Notes: a model not told the origin generated them from the sequence alone. Numbered from the stretch's first letter, positions 1 to 10,734 are shown. The stretch is 51,546 bases of DNA from Fidelibacterota bacterium (GCA_029936885.1 JAPYRR010000003.1:1-51546), one strand, 5' to 3'. Numbers and translations: made by a program.

Positions 1-924
1 CATATTTCCACTATTCTTGTCCGGGATAATTATCTTTTCAATATTGGGTAAAACCTTTTCCATGGTTTCTAAATACAATCGTTTTTTGGTAATACTTTTT
101 GCCTTTCTGTATTCTTTCAATATGGTTGTAAATTTTACAGCATCACCTTCGGATCGTTTAATCCGAGCTTGTCTAAAACCCTCAGCATCACGGATCATGG
201 CTTCAGCCTCACCCCGTGCTTTTGGAATTATATCATTTCTGTAACCTTCAGCTTGATTCACCATCCGATTCTTATCTTCCTTTGCAGAAGCCACATCTTT
301 AAATGCACCAATCACTTCTTTTGGTGGAGACACATCCTGCAACTGCACAGCTACCACATGAATTCCCGATTCGTATTTATCCAGGATCGCCTGCAGTTGG
401 GATTTGGTCCCTTCCTGAATCTGGAATTTTCCGGTGGTCAATGTTTCATCAATCTTGTTTCGTCCAACAACTGTTCGAAGACTCGCTTCTGCAGCTTCAC
501 GTACCGTTAATTCGGGTGCCATAATATTGAACAAGTATGCCACTGGATCTTTAATCTTATATTGTACGATCATTTCCGCATCTACGATATTTTCGTCTCC
601 TGTTAACATTAAGCTCTCTTTTTCTACGGTACGGTATTGTCCGTTTCGAAGGGTACGAAAACCAATTTCGATTCGTTTCACTTCTGTTACCGCTGGTGTA
701 TTTACCTGTTCAATCGGATAAGGGAAATGATAATTCAATCCTGATTGGGCTACTCTTGTGTATTCCCCAAAAGTTCGCACAACTCCAACTTCATCTGGGC
801 CAACCATATACACACCCGTAAATAACCAGAATGCTATTGCGACTCCCATAATTGGTAATATTTTAAATTTAATATCTGGAATTTCAACTTCCTGATCTCC
901 AAACATTACGCGTCTTGTTGCCAT
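1..924 (-). CDS. hflK: FtsH protease modulator HflK (SPFH/band-7 family), N-terminal 308 codons; the C-terminus runs off the left edge
   Basis: Open frame on the - strand from ATG at 924-922 to the window edge; absent from the ORF track because it has no stop. My translation is MATRRVMFGDQEVEIPDIKFKILPIMGVAIAFWLFTGVYMVGPDEVGVVRTFGEY...VQLQDVSPPKEVIGAFKDVASAKEDKNRMVNQAEGYRNDIIPKARGEAEAMIRDAEG. That gives an N-terminal TM helix, an SPFH core and a coiled coil, typical of HflK. Confidence 0.8.
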   Translation of the reverse strand, partial: MATRRVMFGDQEVEIPDIKFKILPIMGVAIAFWLFTGVYMVGPDEVGVVRTFGEYTRVAQSGLNYHFPYPIEQVNTPAVTEVKRIEIGFRTLRNGQYRTVEKESLMLTGDENIVDAEMIVQYKIKDPVAYLFNIMAPELTVREAAEASLRTVVGRNKIDETLTTGKFQIQEGTKSQLQAILDKYESGIHVVAVQLQDVSPPKEVIGAFKDVASAKEDKNRMVNQAEGYRNDIIPKARGEAEAMIRDAEGFRQARIKRSEGDAVKFTTILKEYRKAKSITKKRLYLETMEKVLPNIEKIIIPDKNSGNM

Positions 925-935
925 TTTTTACTCCT

Positions 936-2282
936 TTATATTTCTTTTCTTAATCTTGCAACTGGATATCCCATTTGATCTCGATATTTTGCAACCGTTC
1001 TCCTTGCTAATGTATATCCTTTATGTTCCAATTGTTCTACTAAAGCATCATCATTTAATGGGCGGTATTTATCTTCCGACTTGATGATCCCTTTCAAAGC
1101 ACGTTTGATGATGAATGTTCCCAAAACTCGCCCATCACTTAATTCTATGGAATCTGTGAAATAATGTTTTAGTTCAAAAATTCCGAAAGGCGTATCAACA
1201 AATTTCCCCCGAGTGGAGCGACTAATGGTCGAAATATCCATTTCAATTTTATCCGCAACATCTTGAAGTTTTAAAGGTCGAAGAAAATCCATATTTCCCG
1301 CGAACCATTCAGGTTGAAACTCTATAATGGACCTCATAACATTTACCATGGTAATCCGTCGCTGATGAACTGCCTCAATGAACCAATTGGCAGAATCCAT
1401 TTTTTCTTTTATGAATTTCTTTGCATCATTATTGATATTCCCATTTAATAATTGTTCTTCATAATCCTGACTAATCCGTAATTCAGGAAGTCCACCATCA
1501 TTTGTTGTAATCACCCAATCGTTTCTATCTTCTCTAACAATTAAATCAGGAATTACAGTTTGGAATTTATCACTATAACCTTCACCGGGACGTGGATTTA
1601 AATGAGAAATATGCTTCACTGCATCATGCAATTCACTTTCGGAACAATCCAACCTATCCAATAATTTATCGTACCGTTTATGCATAAAATCATCAAAACA
1701 TGTGTGGATAATTTTATGAGATAAGGAATCTTCCTCATCTTCTAATTGAATCATGAGACATTCTTCTAAATTTCGAGATCCAATTCCTACAGGTTCCAAA
1801 CGTTGAATCTTGTGAAGAATAGGCGTGATATCATCTTCTAATAAATCAAATCGATCTGCCACTAGAATCAGGTCTGTATCAAGATAACCACGCTCATTTG
1901 TATTCCATAAAATTTCTTCTGCGATTTCACGGTCGCGATCATCCATTTCAGAATCTTTCAATTGTTCGATAAGATTTTCAATCAAAGTATGACGATCAGG
2001 AAGCGGCATTTCCTTTTTTTCTTCAGATAAATAATAGGTGGATTCATCACTATACATATCTTCTAAAGATATATCCAAATCATCAATTGCTGACTCTTCT
2101 AAAACCTCCTGTTCCTCAGATTCTTCAGATTCTACTTCTTCTAAAAGCGGATTGCCTTCCAATTCTTCTAAAATTGTTTGTTCTAGATTTAAGGTGTTCA
2201 ATTGGAGTAATCGAGCTTGCAAAACTTGCCTTGGGGCAAGTCTTTGCTTTTGAGTTTGAATCTGTTTTAAAGCGGGTCCCAT
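936..2282 (-). CDS. rpoN: RNA polymerase sigma-54 factor
   Basis: 448 aa. Gln/Leu-rich region I, acidic region II (EEVESEESEEQEVLEE), C-terminal HTH and RpoN box (ARRTVAKYRDQMG). Directly downstream of lptB, as in the conserved lpt-rpoN locus. Confidence 0.95.
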   Translation of the reverse strand: MGPALKQIQTQKQRLAPRQVLQARLLQLNTLNLEQTILEELEGNPLLEEVESEESEEQEVLEESAIDDLDISLEDMYSDESTYYLSEEKKEMPLPDRHTLIENLIEQLKDSEMDDRDREIAEEILWNTNERGYLDTDLILVADRFDLLEDDITPILHKIQRLEPVGIGSRNLEECLMIQLEDEEDSLSHKIIHTCFDDFMHKRYDKLLDRLDCSESELHDAVKHISHLNPRPGEGYSDKFQTVIPDLIVREDRNDWVITTNDGGLPELRISQDYEEQLLNGNINNDAKKFIKEKMDSANWFIEAVHQRRITMVNVMRSIIEFQPEWFAGNMDFLRPLKLQDVADKIEMDISTISRSTRGKFVDTPFGIFELKHYFTDSIELSDGRVLGTFIIKRALKGIIKSEDKYRPLNDDALVEQLEHKGYTLARRTVAKYRDQMGYPVARLRKEI

Positions 2283-3022
2283 TAGTCTAACCTAAATTTT
2301 TCTCCAAGGTATAGCCTTCTCGCCTCTTCGTCATTGGCTAAATATTCTGAAGTGCCTGATTTTAATATTTGTCCATCAAATAGTAAATAAGATCGATCTG
2401 TAATAGATAGTGTTTCTCGCACATTATGATCCGTAATTAACACACCAATTTCTTTTTCTTTTAAGGTACGAACAATTCCTTGAATCTCTTCTACTGCAAT
2501 TGGGTCGATACCTGCAAAAGGTTCATCCAATAAAATAAAATCAGGATCCATGCATAAACTTCTGGCAATTTCAACTCTACGACGCTCACCACCCGATAAG
2601 GCGTTTCCAATACTTTTTGCCAAATGTGTTACAGAAAAATCTTCCAGTAAACGATTCTTTTTTTCTTGTTGTTCTTTTTTAGAAAGTCCTTCAATCATTT
2701 CTAATACCAATAACAAATTATCTTCAACAGAAAGTTTTCCAAATATGGATGGCTCCTGAGCTAAATATCCAATTCCTTTTCGAGCCCGTTTGTACATTGC
2801 ATTATTTGTTATATCTGATTCATCTAAAAAAACGTGTCCCTGTGTCGGTTTAATCATACCGGTAATCATATAGAATGTTGTTGTTTTCCCTGCACCGTTG
2901 GGGCCCAAAAGTCCAACAATCTCACCACGATTTAAAGACACATACATATCTTGAACTACCATCCGCTTACCGTACTGCTTAAACAAACCTTTGGTACTTA
3001 ATGTGTTATGTCGTTCTCTCAT
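2282..3022 (-). CDS. lptB: LPS export ABC transporter ATP-binding protein LptB
   Basis: 246 aa. Walker A GPNGAGKTT, signature LSGGERRRVEIAR, Walker B ILLDEP. Flanked by an lptC-like gene and rpoN; 1-nt overlap with rpoN. Confidence 0.9.
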   Translation of the reverse strand: MRERHNTLSTKGLFKQYGKRMVVQDMYVSLNRGEIVGLLGPNGAGKTTTFYMITGMIKPTQGHVFLDESDITNNAMYKRARKGIGYLAQEPSIFGKLSVEDNLLLVLEMIEGLSKKEQQEKKNRLLEDFSVTHLAKSIGNALSGGERRRVEIARSLCMDPDFILLDEPFAGIDPIAVEEIQGIVRTLKEKEIGVLITDHNVRETLSITDRSYLLFDGQILKSGTSEYLANDEEARRLYLGEKFRLD

Positions 3023-3543
3023 TCCATTTCCCTACCCGTTACACCGGACGGACTCAGTATTTTCCAATTCTTCATATCGGAATCAGACTCAAAACCCACA
3101 CCATATAAAGTATCTTTTTCCAAAGTTGTAATCATTATATTGTCCTTCGTATGAAGCTTTTCATCTTTTGAATTCCAAGTTAACGTTTCGGAATAAAGGG
3201 TGATTCCACTATCAGATACAGCCACAACATTCCCAATAGCTTTCATATCGTTAGATGATTCGTCCACTTCTGCTTTTGTTGATGTCAAAACAGATGTGTG
3301 TATTTCCTTACTATCGAAGAAATCTACGGTTACATCCCGATCTAAAAGGATAAATTCCTTTTCATTGTACTTTTCTAAATGGCCAGACTTTACCTTCGCG
3401 CGCATCAACCCTTCATTGGATAAAATAATGGTTACACCCCAACTTTCTTGATCTGGTAATCCTTCACGAGATTGCATTTCTGGTATAGGTTCACGGGCAC
3501 AGGAAAATAAAATCAAAAAAACTATAAAAAATGAGAATCGCAT
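3019..3543 (-). CDS. lptC: LptC-family periplasmic LPS export protein, with a lipoprotein-type signal
   Basis: 174 aa. N-terminus MRFSFFIVFLILFSCAREP has a lipobox-like LFSC. OstA/LptC-like beta-jellyroll pattern (GHLEKYNEKEFILLDRDVTVDFFD...AIGNVVAVSDSGITLYSETLTWNSKDEKLHT). 4-nt overlap with lptB. Confidence 0.65.
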   Translation of the reverse strand: MRFSFFIVFLILFSCAREPIPEMQSREGLPDQESWGVTIILSNEGLMRAKVKSGHLEKYNEKEFILLDRDVTVDFFDSKEIHTSVLTSTKAEVDESSNDMKAIGNVVAVSDSGITLYSETLTWNSKDEKLHTKDNIMITTLEKDTLYGVGFESDSDMKNWKILSPSGVTGREME

Positions 3544-3547
3544 GAGT

Positions 3548-4078
3548 TTAGCTATTTTTTATCCGGTCTTTCATTCTCTGTAAAACGATTTCAGATTCAC
3601 CTTTTTCTTCAATAATCCAGGCCACGGCTTCTCGGAATGCACCTTTTCCACCCGAAACTTTAGTCGTATAAATAGCAATATCTTTTACAGCTTGAATTGC
3701 ATTTTCAACAGCAATGGGAACGGCTACTTTTTCCATAATAGGGATATCAATAAGGTCATCCCCAATATATGCAATTTCAGAATCATCTAAATTATATTTT
3801 TCTTTCAATTCCTCATAAGCAGGAATCTTATTTAAAGAGCCATTATAAACATCTTCAATTTTTAATTCTTTTGCTCGATGCTCAGTCGCTTCAGAGTATC
3901 TACCAGAAATAAGGGCAATCTTCAAATCCGCAGCACGAGCCATGGCGGTACCGACACCATCCAAAACCGTGAATCGCTTGAATTCCATTCCATCCGTTCC
4001 TTTGTAAAAAGTCCCGTCGGTCCAAACTCCGTCCACATCCGATATAAAAAGTTTAATTTTTTTCATGTTCAGACTCAT
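3548..4078 (-). CDS. kdsC: 3-deoxy-D-manno-octulosonate 8-phosphate phosphatase (HAD family)
   Basis: 176 aa. HAD motifs DVDGVWTDG and GDDLIDIP, plus GGKGAFREA near the C-terminus. 4-nt overlap with kdsA. Confidence 0.85.
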   Translation of the reverse strand: MSLNMKKIKLFISDVDGVWTDGTFYKGTDGMEFKRFTVLDGVGTAMARAADLKIALISGRYSEATEHRAKELKIEDVYNGSLNKIPAYEELKEKYNLDDSEIAYIGDDLIDIPIMEKVAVPIAVENAIQAVKDIAIYTTKVSGGKGAFREAVAWIIEEKGESEIVLQRMKDRIKNS

Positions 4079-4887
4079 AACACTGCTTCCCGAATGGATT
4101 TCAATTTCAATAAAAGTGATTCCAGTTTATCCAAAGGCCATTGAGTTGTTGCATCAGACTTTGCTTCATTTATATTATCGTGGACTTCCATGAAGAGACC
4201 GTTGCAACCGGCAGCCACGGCAGATTTGGCTAATGTTGGAATCATTTCCCTCATCCCAGCTGTTGTTATACCATCTCCACCGGGAAGTTGTGCACTATGC
4301 GTGGCATCAAATATTACAGGATATCCAAATTTTTGCATCAGGGGAATAGCACGCATATCAGCCACAAGATTGTTATATCCAAACTGTGTCCCACGATCTG
4401 TGAGTAGAATAGTGTTGCAACCAGTTTCTTCCAATTTTGTTACAACATTTTTCATATCCCACGGCGCCAAAAACTGTCCCTTTTTTACATTCACCGGTTT
4501 CCCTGTTTTGGCTGCAGCCACCAGTAAATCTGTTTGGCGACATAAAAATGCTGGAATCTGTAAAACATCCACAACTTCCGCCACAATATTCGCTTGGGAT
4601 GCATCATGAATATCCGTCAAAACTGGCAATCCGGTTTCACTTTTTACATCAGCTAATATGGAAAGCCCTTCATCTATTCCCAACCCTCTAAAAGATGACA
4701 TCGAAGTTCGATTAGCCTTATCAAAGGAACTTTTATATATGACTGGAAGATCAACTTTTTCAGAGATTTCCCGAATGGCATTCGCCATTTTTAGTGCATG
4801 ATCCCGACTCTCAATAACGCAAGGTCCCATAATGAGTCCAAGCTCACTTCCGCCAAATGTTACATTTCTAATAGATACTGTTTTCAT
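4075..4887 (-). CDS. kdsA: 2-dehydro-3-deoxyphosphooctonate aldolase (Kdo8P synthase)
   Basis: 270 aa. [11 protein letters not shown] and [12 protein letters not shown] motifs are typical of KdsA. Confidence 0.92.
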   Translation of the reverse strand: MKTVSIRNVTFGGSELGLIMGPCVIESRDHALKMANAIREISEKVDLPVIYKSSFDKANRTSMSSFRGLGIDEGLSILADVKSETGLPVLTDIHDASQANIVAEVVDVLQIPAFLCRQTDLLVAAAKTGKPVNVKKGQFLAPWDMKNVVTKLEETGCNTILLTDRGTQFGYNNLVADMRAIPLMQKFGYPVIFDATHSAQLPGGDGITTAGMREMIPTLAKSAVAAGCNGLFMEVHDNINEAKSDATTQWPLDKLESLLLKLKSIREAVL

Positions 4888-6500
4888 GATTGATTTTTCA
4901 CCGCTGCTTTAATGAATTCCCTGAAAAGCGGATGTGCTTTATTCACACGACTTTTGAGTTCCGGATGAAATTGCCCCGCTACAAACCAAGGATGATTTGG
5001 AATTTCTATCGCTTCCACTACACCCAAATCTTCATTTACCCCGGAAAAGATCATGCCGTTCTTTTCTAATTTATTACGGTATCGATTGTTTACTTCATAG
5101 CGGTGGCGATGACGTTCAGAAATCTTTTTCTTCCGATAGGCAGCATAGGTCTTGGTGCCCGTTTTGATCTCACAATCATAAGCACCAAGGCGCATGGTAC
5201 CGCCCTTAATCTTGATAGCACGTTGAGATTCCATCAAATCAATTACTGGGAATTTTGTATTCTTATTAAATTCAGTGGAATTTGCGCCTGTCATCCCACA
5301 TACATTTCTGGCAAAATCAATCACTGCGCATTGCAGTCCAAGACAAATTCCCAGAAATGGGACATTGTTCTCCCGGGCATATTTGGAAGAAAGTATTTTT
5401 CCTTCACTTCCACGAGATCCAAACCCGGGAAGCAATAAAATCCCATCCACATTCTGAAACGCTTTTTGGGCTGTTTTTTTATCTTTAATTTTTTCAGTCT
5501 GTATCCATTTCACATTGACTCTAGCATTATTCTCAACTCCAGCATGAATAAATGATTCCATAACACTTTTATAGGAATCAATCAATTCTGTGTATTTCCC
5601 ACACATGGCGATGGTTACCTCATGGTCAGGATTCTTAAAATTATGAATGAATTGTCTTAAATCTTTTAAATGCGGTTTTTTCTCTATTTTTAGTCGTTCA
5701 TTAATCAATTCACCGGCATTTTGCTCATGCATTAATAAAGGTACTTCATAGATTGTGGGCACATCGATTCCTTCAATAACATGATCGGGTCGTACATTAC
5801 AAAAAAGAGCAATTTTATCGCGAACGGATTGTTCAATAGGATGTTCAGATCGGCAAAAAATCATATCCGGGGCAAGGCCAATTTCCCGAAGTTTCATAAC
5901 GGAATGCTGGGTGGGTTTGGATTTCAATTCTCCACTGGCTTTTACATAGGGAAGTAGGGTGACGTGAAAAATCATATGGTTATGATATCCAACTTCCAAG
6001 GATAACTGTCGAATAGCTTCCATAAACGGAAGACTCTCAATGTCACCAACCGTCCCGCCCACTTCACAAATAACCACATCATATTTCTTCGGTTTATTGA
6101 CTGCCTTGATGCGCTTAATGATCTCATCGGTCACATGAGGAATCACTTGGACGGTTTCGCCCAAATATTCACCTTTCCGTTCTTTCTCTAAAACAGTACT
6201 GTAAATCTGACCCGCAGTAGCATTATTATTTTTGGTCATATTTACATCGATAAAGCGCTCATAATGCCCCAGATCTAAATCAGTCTCAGAGCCATCATCC
6301 AACACAAAAACTTCCCCATGCTGGTAAGGGTTCATGGTTCCCGGGTCTACATTTAAATAGGGGTCCAATTTCAATATTGTAACCTTTACTTCTGCTTGTT
6401 TTAGCAAATATCCAATCGATGATGCAGCAATGCCTTTACCAAGCCCGGACATAACTCCACCCAGTACAAAAATATATTTAGTTGGTTTAACACCCTTCAT
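4884..6500 (-). CDS. pyrG: CTP synthase
   Basis: 538 aa. N-terminal synthetase domain ([15 protein letters not shown]) and C-terminal glutamine amidotransferase (GICLGLQ, HPE). Confidence 0.97.
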   Translation of the reverse strand: MKGVKPTKYIFVLGGVMSGLGKGIAASSIGYLLKQAEVKVTILKLDPYLNVDPGTMNPYQHGEVFVLDDGSETDLDLGHYERFIDVNMTKNNNATAGQIYSTVLEKERKGEYLGETVQVIPHVTDEIIKRIKAVNKPKKYDVVICEVGGTVGDIESLPFMEAIRQLSLEVGYHNHMIFHVTLLPYVKASGELKSKPTQHSVMKLREIGLAPDMIFCRSEHPIEQSVRDKIALFCNVRPDHVIEGIDVPTIYEVPLLMHEQNAGELINERLKIEKKPHLKDLRQFIHNFKNPDHEVTIAMCGKYTELIDSYKSVMESFIHAGVENNARVNVKWIQTEKIKDKKTAQKAFQNVDGILLLPGFGSRGSEGKILSSKYARENNVPFLGICLGLQCAVIDFARNVCGMTGANSTEFNKNTKFPVIDLMESQRAIKIKGGTMRLGAYDCEIKTGTKTYAAYRKKKISERHRHRYEVNNRYRNKLEKNGMIFSGVNEDLGVVEAIEIPNHPWFVAGQFHPELKSRVNKAHPLFREFIKAAVKNQS

Positions 6501-7235
6501 TTATGCATCCTGTTCAATTGGTTCATTAATATTGCTCATAATTTCAGCAACTTTTTCTAAATCTTCTTTGGTATCCACAGCCCAGTGATCACAATGAGCA
6601 ATCATGGCACGAATAGGTAAACCGTGGTCTAAGGCACGAAACTGCTCCAATGATCGTTCAATTTCTCTCTCGGTTTGTTCCAGTAAAGTGAATTGGAATA
6701 ATGCGTTACGTCGGAATCCATACATCCCAATATGGCGATAAACCCCACCAATTTCTACATCAAATATGTTTCGTTTGAATTCAATAGCATTGGTATTTTC
6801 GTCTAATATTGCCTTTACAATATTAGGATTCAATAAATCTGCCACCTTTAATTTCCGGCTAACAACCGTGGCCATATGTACTTTTGGATCTGAGAAAGTG
6901 CCCACCAAACCATCAATCACTTTGGGATCAACTAATGGTTCATCCCCTTGGATATTGATAATAATCTCAGCATCATCCATGTGTCGAATCACTTCAGCAA
7001 CACGATCCGTTCCTGATTGATGCTCTTGAGATGTCATGACCATTTCAAAATCAAAATCTTTTAACGCTTCCTGGGTTTCTTCTGAATCAATCGCAAGAAT
7101 GACTTTATCCAATTTCTCTGATTTTTGTGCCTGCTCAACCACATGAGCCACCATGGGTTTGCCGGCCAAAGGCGCCAATATTTTTTTTGGAAATCGACAG
7201 GAACCGAGACGAGCTGGGATTACACCAACATTCAT
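6501..7235 (-). CDS. kdsB: 3-deoxy-manno-octulosonate cytidylyltransferase (CMP-Kdo synthetase)
   Basis: 244 aa. VIPARLGSCRFPKKIL N-terminus and IQGDEPL motif. Abuts pyrG with no gap. Confidence 0.9.
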   Translation of the reverse strand: MNVGVIPARLGSCRFPKKILAPLAGKPMVAHVVEQAQKSEKLDKVILAIDSEETQEALKDFDFEMVMTSQEHQSGTDRVAEVIRHMDDAEIIINIQGDEPLVDPKVIDGLVGTFSDPKVHMATVVSRKLKVADLLNPNIVKAILDENTNAIEFKRNIFDVEIGGVYRHIGMYGFRRNALFQFTLLEQTEREIERSLEQFRALDHGLPIRAMIAHCDHWAVDTKEDLEKVAEIMSNINEPIEQDA

Positions 7236-7497
7236 TGAACGTTAATTCCTTCAGGTTTTTTTGGGGACACCTCTTGGACGTCCCTGTTCATGATTGGAGC
7301 AATTTTAACATGGATAAAAATATAAAAAGATGAAAAATATAAAATAGGCATGATTTTTGCTATGAAATTTACCATCCCAAAACTGGAAAGCTAAAAATTA
7401 ATTGGACTTGATCGTAGCAAAGGGTTCAGGTATCCAAGTGTTTAAGTTGTAGCGTATGCTAAACACATGAACACCCTTTTACTTGAGCACTCGACGT

Positions 7498-8751
7498 TTA
7501 CTCAAACCTCAACGATTCAATGGGATCCATATTGGCTGCTTTCCAGGCCGGATATATCCCAAATCCGATTCCAATCACGGAACAAACGGCCAAGCCGATA
7601 AATGCCCAATCCAATGGAATAACGGCCGGAATATTAAAAATGGCGGCCACAGCATTGCCGCCAGCCACGCCCAGAATAATGCCGGCAATCCCTCCAAATT
7701 CACTCAGGAATATAGCTTCCATTAAAAATTGAGTTAGAATATCTCGCCGAGTGGCACCTACGGCTTTCCGAATTCCAATCTCTTTGATTCGTTCCGAAAC
7801 AGAAACCAACATAATATTCATAATCCCGATTCCAGCAACAACCAAAGCAATGACACTGACACAAAAAGCGAATAGCTTAATCCCATCCGAGAATGGTTTT
7901 AATTCATCTAAAATTTCTTTATTAGATGTGAGCTCAAAATTATTGTCGTCACCGGGCGCAACTTTTCTCAATGTTCGTAAAATCCCGATAACTTCATCTC
8001 GAGTTTTATCATATGATTCTTCGGATTTGGATTCAACTGTAATCTCTATATTTCGACGCCAACCACCAAACATCTGCAAATGAGTTGTAATGGGAATCGC
8101 AACAATATTATCCTGGCTCTCTCCAAACATGGCCCCTTTTTCTTCAATAACACCAATAATTCTGAATTTGATTCCATTGATACTTAACATTTTATCAAGC
8201 GGATCTTCGTAAGGGAATAGTTGCGTAATAGCATCTTTACCAATAATAGCAGTTCTTCTCATGTGCAGGACATCATCTCGGCTAAAATTTCGCCCATCAC
8301 TTATATTTGTATTTAAGGTTCGAACGGTGAATTCATCCGCCCCACCTACCTCAATATTTTTGGTGGCTTGTTTGTCTTTGTATTTTACGGTTGCACCCCA
8401 TTTTGTATCATAAGCACTTACATGGAGTGGAAGCAAAGCCCGTTCTTTTAAACCTTCATATAGATCATACGTAATGTTGGGCCGATTTCGATATTTCCAT
8501 CTTCCGCCATGCCCAAATTGAATGGCTGGCCGTTTACTAATACTGAATGTGTTGGTTCCAAAAACATTAAGCCCCGATTCCACAGATGATTCCAAAGTTC
8601 GGATGGCTGTCATAACCCCAATTACAGAAAATACACCAAGGGTAATTCCCATGAGAGTTAACATAGATCGAAGTTTGTTATCTCGAATGGCTTCCAGCGC
8701 CATTCTAAAACTTTCTCTTAATGTATTTTTTAAATGTGATGTTTTCTTCAT
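7498..8751 (-). CDS. MacB/FtsX-type ABC transporter permease (second of two)
   Basis: 417 aa. N-terminal TM, about 230-aa periplasmic domain, C-terminal FtsX bundle (GIRKAVGATRRDILTQFLMEA). Confidence 0.88.
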   Translation of the reverse strand: MKKTSHLKNTLRESFRMALEAIRDNKLRSMLTLMGITLGVFSVIGVMTAIRTLESSVESGLNVFGTNTFSISKRPAIQFGHGGRWKYRNRPNITYDLYEGLKERALLPLHVSAYDTKWGATVKYKDKQATKNIEVGGADEFTVRTLNTNISDGRNFSRDDVLHMRRTAIIGKDAITQLFPYEDPLDKMLSINGIKFRIIGVIEEKGAMFGESQDNIVAIPITTHLQMFGGWRRNIEITVESKSEESYDKTRDEVIGILRTLRKVAPGDDNNFELTSNKEILDELKPFSDGIKLFAFCVSVIALVVAGIGIMNIMLVSVSERIKEIGIRKAVGATRRDILTQFLMEAIFLSEFGGIAGIILGVAGGNAVAAIFNIPAVIPLDWAFIGLAVCSVIGIGFGIYPAWKAANMDPIESLRFE

Positions 8752-8769
8752 AAAAAGTGTTTATAAAAC

Positions 8770-8828
8770 GTGTTCAAGTGTTCGTTTTATTCATTCTTTA
8801 ACACGTGAATACACACCCACTTGAACAC
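8770..8828. repeat. 11-bp perfect inverted repeat (GTGTTCAAGTG ... CACTTGAACAC) with a 37-nt spacer, filling the gap between the two permease genes
   Basis: Read directly: arms at 8770-8780 and 8818-8828 are exact reverse complements. They lie 5 nt after the stop of the upstream permease and 19 nt before the ATG of the next one. Confidence 0.7.
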
Positions 8829-8832
8829 TTTC

Positions 8833-10047
8833 TTATTCATAACGTAATGCGTCTATGGGGTCTAATTTTGCTGCTTTATAGGATGGCGCTAAACCCGAAA
8901 TAACTCCTACAAGCATTGAAAGTCCCAGTGCCGTGAGTGCCAAATTAATTGGCATCTCTGATGGGAAATATTGGTTAATAATGAGGCTTCCTCCCCAAGC
9001 GAGAGCCAATCCGAATAATCCGCCAAATAAACAAATTGTAATTGATTCCATTAAGAATTGCATCAGAATCATTTTTGGAGTTGCACCCAACGCTTTTCGG
9101 GTACCGATTTCTCGCGTTCTTTCTTTTACGGTTACAAACATGATGTTGGCAATGCCAATGCCACCCACCACTAACGACAGAACCGTAATAAAAAATCCGG
9201 TACCACCAATAGCCAATTTGATCATACTATATTGTTCTTTAAAAGGATCTTGGCGATTTAGTGCGAAATTATCATCTTCCGTTGGGCGAACATGCCGTAA
9301 CTGACGCATCAAAGCAGTGAGCTCTTCTGTGGCATTATCCAATTGAGTTCCATCCACCTTCACGTTAATTCCGGACCATCCTCGGCGTGTAAATAATCTA
9401 CGATGCGTCCCAATGGGAATGATAATTTGTTTATCCAAACTAAACATCCCTAAAAATTTTCCCTGTTTTTCAAGCTCACCAATTACGCGGAATGTATAGT
9501 TTCCAATTTGAAATGTTTCGCCTAAAGCATTCTCATTTTCAAACAAATTATCCGCAATATCCTTCCCAATAATTGCAACATGTGACCCTGATCGGTTTTC
9601 AGTTTTTGAGAAAAAACGACCTTTTTCAATTTCAGCAGTAGAAATCATGGCATACGTATCTGTTGTGCCCGTAATACGAACACCATTAATATCATCATCT
9701 GCCCTTTTTACGGAAGTATACCATTCCGAGATAGGCGCAACATATTCTGCATATTGGGATCTTTCACGAATAACATCTGCATGTTTAATTTTTATATTGG
9801 GACGATTCCGCATCTCCCACCATTCTTTGTCACCAAACCATTCATACTTTCGAATATAGATTACATCCTTCCCTAAAAATTCCATGCTCTTTTCAAAGGA
9901 TTTATCTAAGCCGGAAATAAGTGTCCCCATTAAGGTAACAGCAAGAATCCCTATCACGACACCCAGCGCCGTTAATAAAGATCTCATCTTATTTGCTAAG
10001 ACAGCTGAAATTGAGATTCGAAAATTTTCTATAAATAAGGAAAACAT
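8833..10047 (-). CDS. MacB/FtsX-type ABC transporter permease (first of two)
   Basis: 404 aa. Same architecture as 7498-8751 (GTRKALGATPKMILMQFLMES). 1-nt overlap with the ATPase gene. Confidence 0.88.
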   Translation of the reverse strand: MFSLFIENFRISISAVLANKMRSLLTALGVVIGILAVTLMGTLISGLDKSFEKSMEFLGKDVIYIRKYEWFGDKEWWEMRNRPNIKIKHADVIRERSQYAEYVAPISEWYTSVKRADDDINGVRITGTTDTYAMISTAEIEKGRFFSKTENRSGSHVAIIGKDIADNLFENENALGETFQIGNYTFRVIGELEKQGKFLGMFSLDKQIIIPIGTHRRLFTRRGWSGINVKVDGTQLDNATEELTALMRQLRHVRPTEDDNFALNRQDPFKEQYSMIKLAIGGTGFFITVLSLVVGGIGIANIMFVTVKERTREIGTRKALGATPKMILMQFLMESITICLFGGLFGLALAWGGSLIINQYFPSEMPINLALTALGLSMLVGVISGLAPSYKAAKLDPIDALRYE

Positions 10048-10733
10048 TAAGCTACCTTTGAAAAATCTTCTTTGATTTTTCCATCAAATAAGCGAATTGT
10101 TCTACTGGCGTGGGCGGCAATATAATCTTCGTGGGTCACCAAAATAATGGTATTCCCCGCTTCGTGGAGTGCATCAAAGATCTCCATGATCTCCCGGCCG
10201 CTTTTTGAATCCAGATTCCCTGTGGGTTCGTCAGCCAGAATGATGGATGGATTATTAACCAATGCTCTGGCAATCGCCACCCGCTGGCGCTGTCCGCCCG
10301 ATAATTCATTTGGCTTATGATGCATCCGGTCTCCCAAGCCCACACTTTCTAAAGCAGCTGCAGCCATGGATTTGCGCTGGTCTCTTCGGACATTCCCATA
10401 GATAAGTGGAATTTCAACATTGTGTTGTGCAGTTGCTTTTGGGAGAAGATTAAATGTTTGAAAAACAAAACCAATTTTTCTATTTCGAATACTGGCCAAT
10501 TGATTATCGTCCATGTCATTTACCATTTCACCCTCGAATTCATACAATCCTGTTGTGGGTGTGTCTAAACAACCAATCATATTCATTAAAGTAGATTTCC
10601 CCGATCCCGACGGTCCCATAATCGCGAGATATTCATTTTCTTTAATGGTTACATTAACGCCATCCAACGCGCGGACTTCCTCGCCACCTACATTATATAT
10701 TTTATAAATATCTTTTAAAGAGATTAAAGACAT
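10047..10733 (-). CDS. MacB/LolD-type ABC transporter ATP-binding protein
   Basis: Walker [10 protein letters not shown], signature [15 protein letters not shown], Walker [12 protein letters not shown]. Start moved to ATG 10733 ([11 protein letters not shown]); the longer track ORF would overlap the adaptor gene by 38 nt. Confidence 0.92.
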   Translation of the reverse strand: MSLISLKDIYKIYNVGGEEVRALDGVNVTIKENEYLAIMGPSGSGKSTLMNMIGCLDTPTTGLYEFEGEMVNDMDDNQLASIRNRKIGFVFQTFNLLPKATAQHNVEIPLIYGNVRRDQRKSMAAAALESVGLGDRMHHKPNELSGGQRQRVAIARALVNNPSIILADEPTGNLDSKSGREIMEIFDALHEAGNTIILVTHEDYIAAHASRTIRLFDGKIKEDFSKVA

Positions 10734-10734
10734 T

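Noticed and set aside
7416-7436. Sigma-54-like TGG...TTGC element (TGGATACCTGAACCCTTTGCT on the - strand) upstream of the kdsB operon
   Set aside because: The GG-to-GC spacing is 17 nt instead of the required 12, so it does not fit the -24/-12 geometry.
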